Part shown: positions 13,511 to 30,211 of the stretch, in pieces | Layout: every line of letters begins with the position of its first letter | Numbering within the stretch: the first letter of the stretch is position 1 | Source of the DNA: the human T2T-CHM13v2.0 reference genome, Homo sapiens | Strand: one strand, 5' to 3' | Assembly (NCBI RefSeq): GCF_009914755.1 | Contig: NC_060944.1 | DNA length: 64,000 nt | Program-made: the position numbers and the translations under genes | Notes under the pieces: generated by a model | Seen by the model: the letters and a program-made list of their open reading frames with translations, nothing else | Databases searched by the model: none | Told to the model about the DNA's origin: nothing

Positions 13511-14049
13511 CTGTACATAAGATCAGGTCATCTGCAAACAGGAAAATTTGACTTCCTCCTTTCCCATTTGGATGCCCTTTATTTCTTTCTCTGGCCTCAT
13601 TACTGTGGTTAAGACTTCCAGAACTGTGTTGAATAAGAGTGGTGAGAGTGGGCATCTTTGCCTTCTTCCAGTTCCATTCAGTAAGATGTTAGCTGGATTT
13701 GTCATATGTGGCCTTTATTATGTTGAGGTTTCCATACCTAATTTATTAAGAGTGTATATCATGAAGGATTGTTGAATTTTATCAAAAGCTTTTTCTGCAT
13801 CTATCAAGGTGATCATATGATTTTGTCCTTCAGTCTATTTATGTGATGTACAATGTTTATTGAATTGCATATGCTGAACCATCTTTGCATTCCTGGGATA
13901 CATTTCACTTGATCATGGTGTATTTTTTTTTGATCTGTTGTTGGATTCAGTTAGCTAGTATTATGTTAAGGATTTTTGCATCTATGTTCAGAGATATTGT
14001 CCTGTAGCTTTTTTGTTGTGTCCTTGTCTGATTTTGATATCAGGGTTTT
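13511..14049 (-). mobile_element. Inverted 5' segment of L1MA (ORF2 RT region)
   Basis: Minus-strand translation includes [15 protein letters not shown] and FADDLIL; contiguous in L1 coordinates with the + segment starting at 14050. Confidence 0.9.
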
Positions 14050-16428
<2,379 letters not shown>

Positions 16429-16747
16429 AGGAAACTGTGAAGGAGTTTAAGAATGAATTGAGGATACTACAAAGATTGAGCAACAGGGATAACAACATTG
16501 TTTCCGAAATCTAAATGTTGGAAATAATGTAACCACTTACAAATAGAATTTTTGTTTAATTTTAGTATTTTTATAATTTTTATTTGACAAGTTTAATTAA
16601 CTCAAGGTAAATACCTGTAAAAATGTATCTATTGACATTGAGAGTATAAATTTGTAAGCCTAAATATTTAAAACATGTATTCGTATAAATGCATAGGAAA
16701 ATATCTTTAAAAAACTATACTAGATTTTCTTTGGATAAGTAGAATTA

Positions 16748-16796
<49 letters not shown>
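16748..16796 (+). repeat. Long (TG)n microsatellite
   Basis: About 22 near-perfect TG units. Confidence 0.95.
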
Positions 16797-16799
<3 letters not shown>

Positions 16800-18331
16800 A
16801 TCTTCCAGAATTAGAAAATAAACAATTTGGAGAAAAAATACCAACATACTGGAATAACTCAGAACATCACTCTTGGATTAATAATTCATTCTTGTTTAAT
16901 GCCTTTATTTGAAGTCCCCACTGCTGGGTACTGGACCCTGAAGATAATGGTCAAGACTGCTTAGAGGTTTGTGGCTTTGTATTCCAAGACAAAAGTGTGA
17001 GAGGCCTCTTGAGAGTCCTCCTGACCCATGCAGAGTGAACCTGGATCTCAGACATGGAGTGCCCGTCACACAGGGTCAATATCTGGATTTTACAGAAACA
17101 CCTGGCCTTATCCTCCACAGCTGTTTACCCCGGAGAGTCTGCTCCATTCAGAGAGCTGTCCACTCTGGAGAGTCTCCAGATACGGTTTTTAGGACACCCA
17201 GCTTCCGTGAGGATAATGAGAGAGCTAGACCCCATGTCATTCTGTAGGATGAATCTGTTGATTTCCCCCAATACCACCCACTCACCAAGCCCCTCCCATA
17301 CTGGAGAGTTTGTAGTCTATGGACACAGCGTTGGCCATTCTGTATTCAGAATAAACAGCCTGCCCTTCTCTGAAGTCATCACTCATCCAGACTGTAGGTT
17401 GGCCTCCCCACCTCATTCTGAATCCTGATTCTAGGGGTCAACAGTCATTCATGAGGACCTGGACACTCATAAGAGAAAAATCTAGTAATGATTTCAAGAA
17501 TAAATTCTGCCTTGGACTGTAAGCTTCCTGCTTCAGGAATCATGACACTCTATTGCAAAAGCAATTACATATCACAAGATACAAACACTGTCAATATGCT
17601 ATTAACACCACATTTCCAAACTGGAGTAATTTCATACACCCCAGCCAGACAATAACACTTAGCTTTGATTAAATGCCTGTAACCTACCAAGCCCTATTCT
17701 AGGTACCTAAGCAACACAGTTGCGGCACAAAAGCCATGTTCTGAGGTCTTCTTTAGCTTCCCCATCATGTCCACCAGCGCTTGCAAAATTAATATTTTCT
17801 TAATCTTCTGGGCAAAAATTAAGGGCAAAATACTGCCCAGCTTCTGCTTTCCCTTCCCTTCAGACTGCTGTCTCCTCTAAGTTCTCCCAATATAGAAAGT
17901 CTAGAGCAGCCACTGAACATTTGTTAATTTGTTTGCTTCTTACCATCATTTTTGAGTCTGGCATAGCTCTTCAATGTTAAAGATGAGGAAGTAGACTAAG
18001 AGGGAAAAGTAACATTGGAATACAAAGGCATAAATCGCCAGGCCGTGAGAAACTGTTCAGTCTGTCCTATCCCAAGGACTAAGCTCTCCCTACTCTCCTA
18101 AACTGCCTCCCTACACAAATACTTAATGAGTAACAAATGTGTCAGGAGATAATAGGGAAGGAAGATAAAAGCCACTTCTGTCCCTACCTGTGAGATGCTC
18201 ATGTTCTGGCAAATGAACCCAATGATCTGGTTAAAAGATCAAGTGTTTATGGAAGGCCAGCTGAGTTCACAGCAAGATTTAATAAAAAGAGTCATGACAT
18301 CCTTGGGCTTACTTTATTCTCTGCATGCTGG

Positions 18332-18805
18332 TGTCTTCTTAGAGCAGATGCTCATATCCTCTTAGCCCACCTTGGAGGTTACCTGTAGGTTAGTGAACAA
18401 ACACTCTGACAGCTCCCTATCCCAAGCACCTGCATCCCTCTGGTTAAAGATTCTCTCTTGACTCAGGAGTCCCTGGTTCACATAGGCAGGAGTGGATGTC
18501 TCAGGAGCAACTCTCTCCCATGAGCCATTGGAACTGGCAGATAAGCACCTTGGCCTCTTTGCCACCAGGGGTGATAATCTGAAAGTATGTTCTGCACAGC
18601 ATCTCAGAATGTCCTTAGCAAGATAGTGCTCCAGCTGCCCACAGGGGCAACAGGCTCATCAATGAACCCTTTACGGCAGTCTTTCCTTCCCTGGCCCCCT
18701 TTTCCACTCTCTCATCATGCTTCTGGAATCTCCTCCCACGTAAACTCCTGGCACCCAAATCCTTGTCCCTGGGTCTGATTTTAGGTGAGCCCAAGCAAGA
18801 AGACA
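18332..18805 (+). mobile_element. LTR16-family ERVL solo LTR
   Basis: Ends CCTCCCACGTAAACTCCTGGCACCCAAATCCTTGTCCCTGGGTCTG...AAGAAGACA. Confidence 0.75.
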
Positions 18806-19027
18806 GCTCTTTTCTTTTCACCCACAAACATCTAATCTTGAGGTCTATGGTCTTATAGGAGTCACGAGAGCTTGCTCAGTAACTATGATAAAGTTATAAC
18901 CTTCTCTAAGGAACCAAATATTGACCTTTCCACTGGAATGTCTTGACAAAGAAACTACTGACTATATGGAAAGTGTCCGGTGTCTTTTAAACGTGATGAC
19001 GATGAGACATATTACCCACTTGCTCTG

Positions 19028-19255
19028 ATGTGGTGGTAAAATGCAAGATCAGAGGTCAAGTAGACCTAGATTAAAACCCCAGCTCCACCTCTTTTTAGAT
19101 GAGTTGCCTCAGAGGAGTTACTCAATATCTCTGAGACGCAGTTCCTTCATCTGTAAAATCAGATCTTAAATTTTACCTTATAATGACTTAATGTGTTAAG
19201 AAATGTAAAATATCAAGCACATTACCAGGCATAGTGTATGTGCTCAATAATGTGA
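19028..19255 (+). mobile_element. MIR
   Basis: Core CTCTGAGACGCAGTTCCTTCATCTGTAAAAT; 3' end GTGCTCAATAA. Confidence 0.75.
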
Positions 19256-20274
19256 AGTAGTATAGAATTCAGAGATTGCAAACACAAAAACCTAAGTAGT
19301 AAGGATAAAAGAGAAGCCAGCTGAGTGCTACATTAGGCTGTAGTGGGAATTGTGGCAAAGAGATGAATTCAAGCTCTTTCCAAAAGCATTAAAGTTCACA
19401 TTTAAAGCCCACATCAACCAAACAAAATACCCCATGAGCCAGATCTCACCTGTGGGCTTCCCTCTTTGTGACTTCTGTTAGGAAACCAGACTAAGCCCTG
19501 CCTTTTCACATGCTGTTTCTTCTTCTTAAAATATTCCGTCTTTCCTTCATTGCCTGTCAAACTCCTATTCATCTTAAAAATCCCCACTTCCATGTAATCA
19601 AATATATAGATATGCTTCCACTTTTCTTTACAAGAGTAATTTCACCATTCTCCAGGCTCCTACCTGGCATGTAGTAATTAATGCATTGCATTTCATTATC
19701 TGCTCTCATATATTTTATTATCATTGTATTTAGTTATCTGCTGTCACATATTTCATCATCTGCTCTCTGATATAGTGTTAGATGCACAGTTGCAACTGAC
19801 CTGATTATTTCCATGAGGGGTAACCAGCCACTGTCCTACATCCTCTGTTTTTACTCTTCTGTCATCCCAATTTCTATCCTGGAATACCCTCAACCTCCTC
19901 ATGATCCAGAAGCCTTAGGACCCTCCTCCTGCCCAAGCTGCTATATATTATGATTGGTGAAATCCAATGCCAATCAATTGTTAAACATGTAAAATTTCTT
20001 CCTGATTCTCTCCACATCTTCCATGAGCTTCTTAAAGGCAAAGACCTTATTCTCTTCCCCTTTTATTCACAGCACCAAGAACAGTCCCTAACCCACAGCA
20101 GAAATTAATAAATGAATGAGTGAAGGAACAAATAAATAATTCAAACAAGTAGCGAATTATCTTTCTTAGGCATTTAGCACTCAGTGTTTCATATCAGTGA
20201 TTTACATGACGATAAAGTAGACATCGATTGACAACAGTTCATTTAAGGAATTTGATTCTTCTTTCAAAATATTT

Positions 20275-20793
20275 CATCTGAGGAACATAGCAAAATAGCT
20301 AAAAATCTCCACGATCCCTGTATCCAAGTTCATATGGACTGTAACTTTGCCACTGTTCCTAACAAGATGTGGAGTTTATTTCTCCATCCTTTGAATCTGG
20401 GTTGGGCCATGTCCCTTGCTTCAGTCCATAGGACAATAGCAAACATGATGCAAGCTGAGGCTTAAAAAATGTTTATACAATAGGGTTTGCCCTCTTGCTA
20501 TTAGCAACCCTGAGACCACCATGTGAAGTCATCCAAGCCAGAAGGCTGGATAATGAGAGACCACACAAAACAGAAGTGGACTGACTCATCTAAGGCTTCC
20601 TAGATTAATCAGCCTGCCAACTGCCTGCCAGACGTGTGGGTGAATCCATCCTAGACCATCCATCCTTAGCTGAGATATTAAGACCAGAAGATCTGCAGCC
20701 AACTTACAGAATTGTAAGAAGGATTAAATGCTTGTTGCTTTAAGCTATTAATGTTTGGGTTGATTTGTTAGGTAGCAAAAGCTAACTGATACA
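20275..20793 (+). mobile_element. MLT1 (G/H-like) MaLR LTR
   Basis: GGAGTTTATTTCTCCATCCTTTGAATCTGGGTTGGGCCATG...TTTAAGCTATTAA...GCTAACTGATACA. Confidence 0.8.
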
Positions 20794-21103
20794 AGTATAT
20801 TTTAATAAGTCTCTAGTCAAAATTTGCATTTACAAAGCAACATAAAAAGTAAATTTCTTGGAAATTAAAGAGAAACACACATGGATTATCTACTAAAAAC
20901 ATATAATATTAAGAATTTTTACCAAAAAATTTAATAGGTTGAGAGTAAAATATTCTTAGATAGGAAATGAGAATTTTACAAATAATTCTCTCCAAATTAT
21001 AAACTTAATAAAAACAAAACTATTTTGAAAAATAACAATGAACAATGGCAGATTATCAAGCAATAGCACAAGCAGTTTTCTTTTATAAGAAAGTAAAATA
21101 GTG

Positions 21104-21407
21104 GACCGGGCGTGGTGGCTCACGCCTGTAATCCCAGCACTTTGGGAGGCTGAGGTGGGCGGATCACGAGGTCAGGAGATTGAGACCAACCTGGCTAACA
21201 TGGTGAAACGCTGTCTCTACTAAAAATACAAAAAATTAGCCGGGCATGGTGGCACATGCCTGTAATCGCAGCTACTCAGGAGGCTGAGGCGGGAGAATGG
21301 TGTGAACCCAGGAGGCAGAGCTTGCAGTGAGTCGAGATCACGCCACTGCACTCCAGCCTAGGTGACAGAGTGAGACTCTGTCTCAAAAAAAAAAAAAAAA
21401 AGAAAGA
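21104..21407 (+). mobile_element. AluY
   Basis: GATCACGAGGTCAGGAGAT, CTGGCTAAC, GAATGGTGTGAACC, GAGCTTGCAG diagnostics; 17-bp TSD AAGAAAGTAAAATAGTG at 21087-21103 and 21408-21424. Confidence 0.96.
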
Positions 21408-21932
21408 AAGAAAGTAAAATAGTGTGGTAGTGTGGTACTGTATAAATTTGTATTCAACATTTATTCAAGAAATATTTATTAAGTATTCACTAGGTGCCAA
21501 GCACTGTTCTAGCTATTAGGATACAGCAATAAATAAGACAGATCAAGTGACAGTAACCTCATAAAGGTTATAAATCAAGCAATAGATTATAGAACAAAAG
21601 AGAAGAATACAAATAAGCCCAGGTACCTATGAAATCTTACATGATGATGAACTAACCAAAACAATGAAGATGTGAAAAGTGATTTAATTGTATTGTAATA
21701 GTACATAAGTACTTTAAGAAATTTAATTTTTTAATATTGCTTATCAGTAGTATAATATATTCATTCTTCAATTGTCCATAAGCTATAAATAATACTATTC
21801 TAAGCCCTTCAGGTTGAATGAATTAATACATTGCACTTCAGGTTTTTATAAGACCTGATTAAAACCTTTAATCTTTCACAATCACAAGCACAAGTAGTAG
21901 ACTTAATTGTTAGTCTTAATTATTTCTGCCAC

Positions 21933-22275
21933 TGTGGTATTATGATAATCCACATTGTTGTCATGGACTTATGGGCATAGTATTCTTTCCCTTCCTTTGA
22001 CTTTGGGCTTGGGTATGTGACATGCTTTGGCCAATAGGAGCAGGGCTTTAAATTCTGCTTGTATGATTGGCCATGTCTTCCCACACTTCTGCTTTTTGCC
22101 ATGAAAAATACATATTTAAGAAGTTTTTGGTCTGAGGAGGATAAGAGACATATGGGGTAAACAATCCACAGCTGGAATCAAGCCCAACTAAGCCCAGTCT
22201 AGGTCAGCTGAACCTAAGCTGACCCACAGACACGAGTGAGAAATAAATGCTTACTGTTATAAGCTACTGAGTTAC
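21933..22275 (+). mobile_element. MLT1 (I/J-like) MaLR LTR
   Basis: TGACTTTGGGCTTGGGTATGTGACATGCTTTGGCCAAT...AAATAAATGCTTACTGTTATAAGCTACTGAG. Confidence 0.7.
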
Positions 22276-24823
22276 CATACCAACACATAGGAAGATCTAT
22301 ACATTTTAAATAACTGAATGCTTAAAAACTAAAAGAAAATATTAGGGAAGATTTTTTTTCCCTCAAATATGGAAGATTAAAAAAATAACATATAATGACT
22401 TTATTTAAAAATCAGTACTATCAAAAAGAACCAATAAATAAATGGGCAAAAGACATGAGAAGACAATAATTTCATATAATAAATACATAAAGAAAAATGT
22501 TAAATTTGAACAGCAATAAAAAATGCAGAGTAAATCCATAATAAAGCACCATTTCCAATGCTCTACTTATTAAAAATATGAATAATATAAGTTGTGTTTT
22601 GGGGAAACTAGGCCACTGCTCTTAAGACAGAGTCCAAGCACTTCACAATGATCACTAAACCCCACTCCAATGTCATCTCCCACCCCTCCCCCAAATCCAG
22701 CTCCACTGCCATCTTTCTGAAATGTTCTTAGGTTCCGCCTTCCTCAGGTACCTCTCATACATTATTCCTGAAGATATTCCTTCTTCCTCCTTGTCACCCT
22801 CACTTCCCAGCTCACCACTACCTCTTTCTCCTAGTTGACAGCATATAATTTTACTATATCATGTTTACCCTAGGAGATATGGTCACTACATGGAATAATG
22901 GCAGAATTGTCCCTATTATTGAAATTGTTTATTTTCTGTATCCTTAATTTTTGTTGCACACCTGTACTTGATTCCATGTGACTCCATTGACTTTATGACA
23001 ATGGAATTCTCTCTAAAATTTCAGTACAGAATCCCACTTTATTGGTGACCTGCTAAGGGCCTTACATTACCTTCTCATAGATTATTGTCTCATAAAAGTC
23101 ATGGCAACAACATTGCAAAGTAACTATAAACATACTCATTTTTATAGAAAAATAAAGTCTCAAAGAGGAGGTTAAGGACACTTCCAATCTCAGCTCTCAC
23201 ATGTAATGAGCTTGGAAGTCATCACTCCCATCCTTATAGCAAGAAATGTCTGAACAAACTGAAAATCCATCACTTTTCTTGGGCTCATCAGAAAACTGAC
23301 ATGGCAGGGCAAACTGTGACTCCAAAATCTGGGCATCCAGGGGCATCCAGGAAGTCACAGTTAAGATCTACTTACCTGGAGCAAAAGCTGTTGAAGCCTA
23401 AAGTAGTAAGAACTCTCAAATAGTAATTTTGGTGAATTTGTGGAGGCTCAGTGTACACTAGCATGATAGTGAGAAACTCCTGGGATCCCCAGTCTTAGAA
23501 GGGGGCCAGATTTTCATAAGGCTTACCTCCAGGAATGCCACAAGGTCTCACAATGAAGATCCAAGAAAGATTCCCTCCTGGCTCTGGCTGGGTATAGGAA
23601 AAGTAATCCTTGTTAAATATGTACATAACACTTTCCATAACAAAGACCTACTTTCCCGGGGGGAAAAATGTTGCCAGAGCCGTATTCTTTCTGGGAAAGG
23701 GATATTTCTCTTACGTTAGTCTCCAGTCTTCTTATTTTACCTAAAGAGGCTGCAGGGGAAGAAAACATAGCCAACAGTGGACATGACCCTAAGGAAATAG
23801 ACTGGGAATGCTGAAACCAGGGAAGAATGTAGGTGGAAGAGGGGAAAATAGCTACATTACCAGTAGAACAGTTGTGAAGGTCACAGCCCAAAGACATAGG
23901 CTAAATAGAACACTGAGATTTAATTGAAAGATTACAAAACACTCCCCTTCCCCAACACCTTATACCAAGAGAGCTCCATTATAATGACAATATATTACAG
24001 CTGACAGAGTCTTTCTAAAGAGGAATCTGCAGGGAAGGCCAAAATCAAGATAAAAACAAGGATACTAGAAGAATTTGAAACTTCTTGCACTTATAGCTAA
24101 GCCTTAAACAAAGTCATATTTCTAGCCAGACTAATAAAAATCCTCACACTAAAGACCTATTTTCAGCCAATACAATGTGTTCAACTTTCAACAAAAAGGT
24201 ACAAGGCATGCCAAAAGAAGAAACAATCTGAAAAATAAACCAATCTTCATAACTAGACTTAGATGTGATACAGATGTTTGAATTATCAGACAGGAAATTA
24301 AAATAACTCTGAAAAATGTGTTAAAGCCTCAAATGTAAAAAGTAACATGCAAGAAGAGATGGGTAATGTAAGAAGAGAGATAAAACTCTAAGAGAATCAA
24401 GTGGAAACTTTAGAAATAAAAAACACTGTAACAGAAATAAAGAATGCCTTTGATGGGGCTCATCAGGAGATTTGATGTGATTGAGAAAAGAATCAGCGCG
24501 CTTGGAGATAAGTTAACAGAAACTTCCCAAACTGAAATGCAAACAGAAAAATAAGTGAAAAATGCAGAAAAGAACATAGAAGTACTTAAGAAAAATTTCA
24601 AAAGGTAGAACATATGAGTAATGGAATACCAGAAGGAAAAGAAATGAAGCAGAAGAAATATTTTAAGTAGTAATGGCTGAGAACTTACCAAAACTAATTA
24701 CAGACACTAAACCATAGATCTAGGAAGCTCAGAGAACACTATAAAGATAAATACAAACAACAACAACAATTAAAAAAAAAACCTGAGGCCAATCACATTC
24801 CAACTGTATAAAAAGACAAAGAA

Positions 24824-25106
24824 GGCCGGGCGCAGTGGCTCACTTCCATAATCCCAGCACTTTGGGAGGCCGAGGTGGGTGGATCACAAGGTCAAGAGAT
24901 CAAGACCATCCTGGCCAATATGATAAAACCCTGTCTCTACTAAAAATACAAAAATTAGCTGGGCGTGGTAGCGCACACCTGTAGTCCCAGCTACTCTGAA
25001 TGCTGAGGCAGGAGAATCACTTCAACCTGGGAGGCGGAGGTTGCAGACCACTGCACTCCAGCCTGGCGACAGAGTGAGACTCCATCTCAAAAAAAAAAAA
25101 AAAAAA
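24824..25106 (+). mobile_element. AluSc with small internal deletion
   Basis: GGTCAAGAGATCAAGACCATCCTGGCCAA and CCTGGCGACAG; TSD about AAAAGACAARGAA. Confidence 0.93.
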
Positions 25107-26110
25107 AAAAAGACAAGGAAAATCTTGAAAGAAACCAAAGGAAAAAGCACCTTACCTAAAGAAGAACAAGGATAAGGATTACAGTGGACTTCTCATCAGA
25201 ACCATAAAAGCAAAAAGAGAATGAAATTGCTATGATTTGAGTATGTCCACTCCAAAATTTATACGTTGCCAGTGTGAGATATGTGTGTGTATATACATAT
25301 ATATATATGAGGGCATTAAGAGTAATTAGGCCACTGAGGGCTGCTCCCTTGTTAATAGGGTTAAGGTCCTTTTAAAAGAGGCTTCCCTCAGGTTCAGCTA
25401 GCTTGCCCTATTTCCTTTTGCCACGTGAAGATGTAGCAAGAAGCTCATCAGATCAAAGGAGGAAAAATTGAAAGCCTTTCCTCTAAGATTAAGAAGAAGA
25501 TAAGGATGCCCACTTTTACCACTTTGCTCAACACAGCACTGGAAGTCCTAGCCAGAGCATTAGTAAGAAAAATTAAAAGCACCCAAATTTGAAAGGAAGA
25601 AGCCAAACTGTTCCTGCTTGCTGATGGCATGATCTTATATTTAGAAAAACACAGTCCACTAAAAAATTCCTAAACTAATAAATAAATTGAGTAAAGTTGC
25701 AGGATACAAAATCAACATACAAAAATCAATAGCATTTCTATATCCCAATAGCAAACAATCTGAAAAAGAAATCAAGAAAGCAATTCCATTTATAATAGCT
25801 ACAAAAATATACTATCAATAAATTTAACCAAAGAGGTGAAATATCTCTACAATAAAAACTATAAAACACAGATGAAAGAAATCAAAGAGGACATAAACAA
25901 ATGGAAAGATATCTCATGTTCATAGATTGAAAGATTATTGTTGTTAAAATAACCATACTATCCAAAGCAATCTACAGATTCAATGTAATCCCCATCAAAT
26001 AACCACCAGTAACATTCTCCACAGAAATAGAAAGAACAATCCTAATATTCATACAGAACCACAAAAGACCCTGAATACCCAAAGCAAGCCTGAGCAAAAA
26101 GAACAAAGCT

Positions 26111-27641
26111 AACTATGTTAAAGCAAACTAAATATGGCTGAGAAAGACTCCATACTTCTGCATTTGAGTCCTCATGGATGAACTGTAACCTAGCTTAACA
26201 GTCAGAAAAATTGAAAACCTAACTTAATAGTATGCACCTGTAACAATAGCTGAGCATTGGCCAATCCCAGCGACCATTCTTCAACCACTCATAGACTGCT
26301 AAATGGTCACTGCATTCAAATAAGGCAAATTCCAGGCTGTAACCAATCTCACTGTTTCTGTACCTCACTTCTGATTCCTGTATGTCACTTTACGTTTTTT
26401 GTCTATAAATTTGTTCTGACCACAAGGCACCCCTGGAGTCTCTGTAAATCTGCTGGGATTCTGGGGACTGCCAGATTTGCGAATCGCTTATTGCTCAATC
26501 AAACTCCTTTAAATTTAATTTGGCTGAAGTTTTTCTTTTATCAACTATAAGAATCCTAAAAGAAAATCTAGAAAATACTCTTCTGAACATTGATCTAGGC
26601 AAAGAATTTATGACTAAGTCCTCAAAAGCAAATGCAACAAAAACAAAAATTGACAATTGGGACCTAATTAAACTAAAGACCTTCTGCATAGCAGAAGAAA
26701 CTGTCAACAGAGTAAACATACAACCTACAGAATAGGAGAAAATATTTGCAAACTGTGCATCTGACAAAGAGCTAATATCCAGCATCTATAAGGAACTTAA
26801 CCAAATTTACAAGAGAAAAACATCACCATTAAAAAGTGGGCGAAGGACATAAATAGACACTTCTCAAAAGAAGACATCTCAAAGTGGCCAACAAACATAT
26901 GAAAAAACGCTCAACATCACTAATCATCAGAGAAATGCAAAACAAAACCACAATGAGATACCATTTCATACCAATCAGAATGGCTATTATTAAATAAAAA
27001 AAATAGCAGATGTTGGCAAGGTTGTAGAGAAAAGGGAATGCTTATACACTGTCAATGGGATTGTAAATTAGTTCAGCCCCTGTGGAAAAGTTTGGACATT
27101 TCTCAAAGAACTAAAAATAGAGTTACCATTCAACTCAGCAATCCCATTATTAGATAGGAACCCAAAGGAAAATAAATCATTGTACCAAAAAGATACCTGC
27201 ACTCACATGTTTATCACAGCACTATTCATAATAGCGAAGACATAAAATCAACATAGGTGCCCATCAGTGGTGGAATGTATAAAGAAAATGTGTTACATAT
27301 ACACCATGCAATACTATGCAGCCATAAATAAGAATAAAATTATGTGCTTTGCAACAACATGGATGCAGCTGGAGGCCATTATTCTACATGAATTAACACA
27401 GAAATAGAAAACCAAATACTGCACATTCTCACTTACAAGTGGGAGCTAAACATTAGGTGCACATGGACATAAAGATAGGAACAATACACAGTGGGGACTC
27501 CAAAAGAGGGTAGGGAGCAAGGGTTGAGAAACTACTTATTGGGTCCTATGGTTACTATTTGGGTGATGGGTTTAATAGAAATCAGCATCACACAATATAT
27601 CCATGTAATAAACCTGCATGTGTATCCCTTGCATGTAAAAG
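26111..27641 (+). mobile_element. 5'-truncated L1PB-like element
   Basis: ORF2 C-terminus ([14 protein letters not shown]) and L1PB-type 3' UTR; TSD AAAAGAACAAAGCT (26097-26110) / AAAAGAACAAAGGT (27642-27655). Confidence 0.85.
26116..26543 (+). mobile_element. MER57 (A-like) ERV1 solo LTR
   Basis: TGTTAAAGCAAACTAAATATGG...TATA box...TTTTTCTTTTATCA; 4-bp TSD ACTA. Confidence 0.88.
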
Positions 27642-29608
27642 AAAAGAACAAAGGTGAAGGCAACAGACCACCTGACTTCAAAATATACTGTAAAGCTATA
27701 GTAACCAAAATACCATGGTACTGGCATAAAAACAGACACATAGACCAATGGAACCAAATCAATAACCCATAAATAAAACCATGTATTAACAGCCAACCAA
27801 TTTCCAACAAAGGTACCAAAAACAAACATTAGGGAAGGGACAGTCTCCTCAGTGAGTGGTGCTGGGAAAACTGAATGTTTCATATACACAAGAATGAAAT
27901 TAGACCGCTATCTTCACCATATACAAAAATCAACTCAAAATGGATTGAAGACTTAAATGTAAGACCTGAAAATGATAAAACTACTAGAAGAAAACATTGG
28001 GTAAACACTTTAGGACACTGGTCTGGGGAAAGATGTTTTGGGTAAGAACTTAAAAGCATAGGCAACAAAAGCAAAAATAGACAAATGGAATTATATCAAA
28101 CTAAAAAACTTCCGCATGGCAAAGGAACCAACCAACAGGGTGAAGCTACAACCTACAGAATAGGAGAAAATACTTGCAATATATCTCTTCTGCAAGGGAT
28201 TAATATTCAGAATATATAAGGAACTCAAATAACAGCTAAAAAAGAAAAAATACAAATAATCAAATTTTAAAATGAGCAAATTATCCAAACAGACTTATCT
28301 CAAAAAAAAGAAAAAATACATACAAATGGCCAAAAGGTGGATGAAAAATGTTCAGTATCACTAATCATCAAGGAAAAGCAAATTAAAACCACAGTGAAAT
28401 ATTATTTTGCCCCTGTTAAATTATGAAAATTACAAAAAATAACAAATGCTTGCAAGGATATGGAGAAAGGCGAACTCTTATATACTGTTAGCGGGAATAT
28501 AAGTTAGTACAGCCATTAAAACAAAACAGTATAAAACTTTCTCAAAAAACTAAAAATAGAAATACCATTTGATCCAGCAATACCATTACTGAGTATAGAT
28601 CCAAAGGAAAGGAAATCAGCTCTCGGACGAGGTATCTGCATTCCCATGTTTATTGCAGCACTATTCACAATAGCAAAACTATGAAACAAACTAAGTGTCC
28701 ATTAACACATGAATGGATGAGGAAAATGTAGTATATATACACAATAGAATAGTATTCATCTATTAAAAATTATAATTTCTGCATTTTGCAGTAACATACA
28801 TGAGTGTGGAGGATATCATGTTAAGTGAAATAAATCAAGCACAGAAAGACAAATACTGCGTGTTCTCATTCATATGTGGAAGCTAAAAACGTTGGTTACA
28901 TAGAAGTAGAGAGTAGAATACTGGTTTCCAGAGGCTGATAAGGACCAGAGGAGAGGAGATAGGCAGAGCTTGGTTAATGGGTACAAAATTACAGTTAGAT
29001 GAGAGGAATAAGTTCTGGGGTTCTATAGTGCAATTAGGTGACTACAGTTAACAACAATTTATTGTATATTTCAAAACAGCTAGAAGAAAGAAATTTGAAT
29101 GTTCCAAATACAAAGAAATGATAAATGTTTGGGGTGATGGATATTTGAATTGCCTTGATTTGATCACCACAGGTTGCATATGTGTATTGAAATATCACCT
29201 GTGCCTCATAAATATGTACAATTATTATGTATCAATTAAAATTGTTAATTATATTTCTAAAAAGAAGCCTAATAAGACCAAATACTGGCACCTTTGTCTT
29301 GGATTTCTCAGCCTCCAGAATTGTGAGAAATAAGTTTCTGTTCTTTGTCAATTACCCAGTCTGTGGTATTCTGTTATAGCAGCATGAAGACAGAAGTAAA
29401 ATGTCTGAAGTGTTGAAAGAAAAAAATCAACAACCTAGAATTCTGTATCCAAAGAAATTATTTCATAAGTGAAAGAAAAATCTTTCTCAGGCAGACAAAA
29501 GCTGAGGGAATTCACTGGGAGCAGATCTGCCCTGTAAGAAATGTTAAAAGTTTTCGAGGCAGAAGGAAAATAACATGGATCTGAAATTTGGAGGTACATA
29601 AAGAACAG

Positions 29609-29892
29609 GGCCGGGAATGGCAGCTCATTCCTGTAATCCCAGCAATTTGGGAGGCCAGAGAGGGTGGATAGCTTGAGCCCAGGAGTTCAAGACCAGCTGG
29701 GGCAATGTGGTAAGACCCCATGTCAAAAGTGTTTTTAAAAAACATTAGCCCAGTACGGTGGCAGGTGCCTGTGGTCCCAGCTACTCAGGAGGCTGAGGTG
29801 GCAGGATCACTTGAACCCAAGTGATCAAGGCTGCAGTGAGCTCTGATCAATGCACTCTACGTTGGGCAACAGAGCAAGACCCTATCTCAAAA
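29609..29892 (+). mobile_element. AluJ with (CA)-degenerated tail
   Basis: GCTTGAGCCCAGGAGTTCAAG; ATCAAGGCTGCAGTGAGC. Confidence 0.92.
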
Positions 29893-29923
29893 CACACAAA
29901 CACACACACACAGGCACACATGA

Positions 29924-30211
<288 letters not shown>

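Larger units (their letters stand above)
25453..29261 (+). mobile_element. 5'-truncated L1MA (L1MA4-like), split by L1PB: 25453-26110 and 27642-29261
   Basis: ORF2 sequence continuous across the insertion; L1MA-type 3' UTR; degenerate TSD AAGAAGCTCATCAGA / AAGAAGCCTAATAAGA. Confidence 0.88.
25228..29392 (+). mobile_element. MST (C/D-like) MaLR LTR split in two: 25228-25452 and 29262-29392
   Basis: TGCTATGATTTGA start; 3' half CTTGGATTTCTCAGCCTCCAGAATTGTGAG...TTACCCAGTCTGTGGTATTCTGTTATAGCAGC...AGACA; TSD GAAAT/GAAGT. Confidence 0.85.

Noticed and set aside
22984-23104. Short imperfect inverted repeat (CCATTGACTTTATGACAAT vs ATTGTCTCATAAAAGTCATGG)
   Set aside because: Needs several indels over about 20 nt; compatible with chance in AT-rich DNA.
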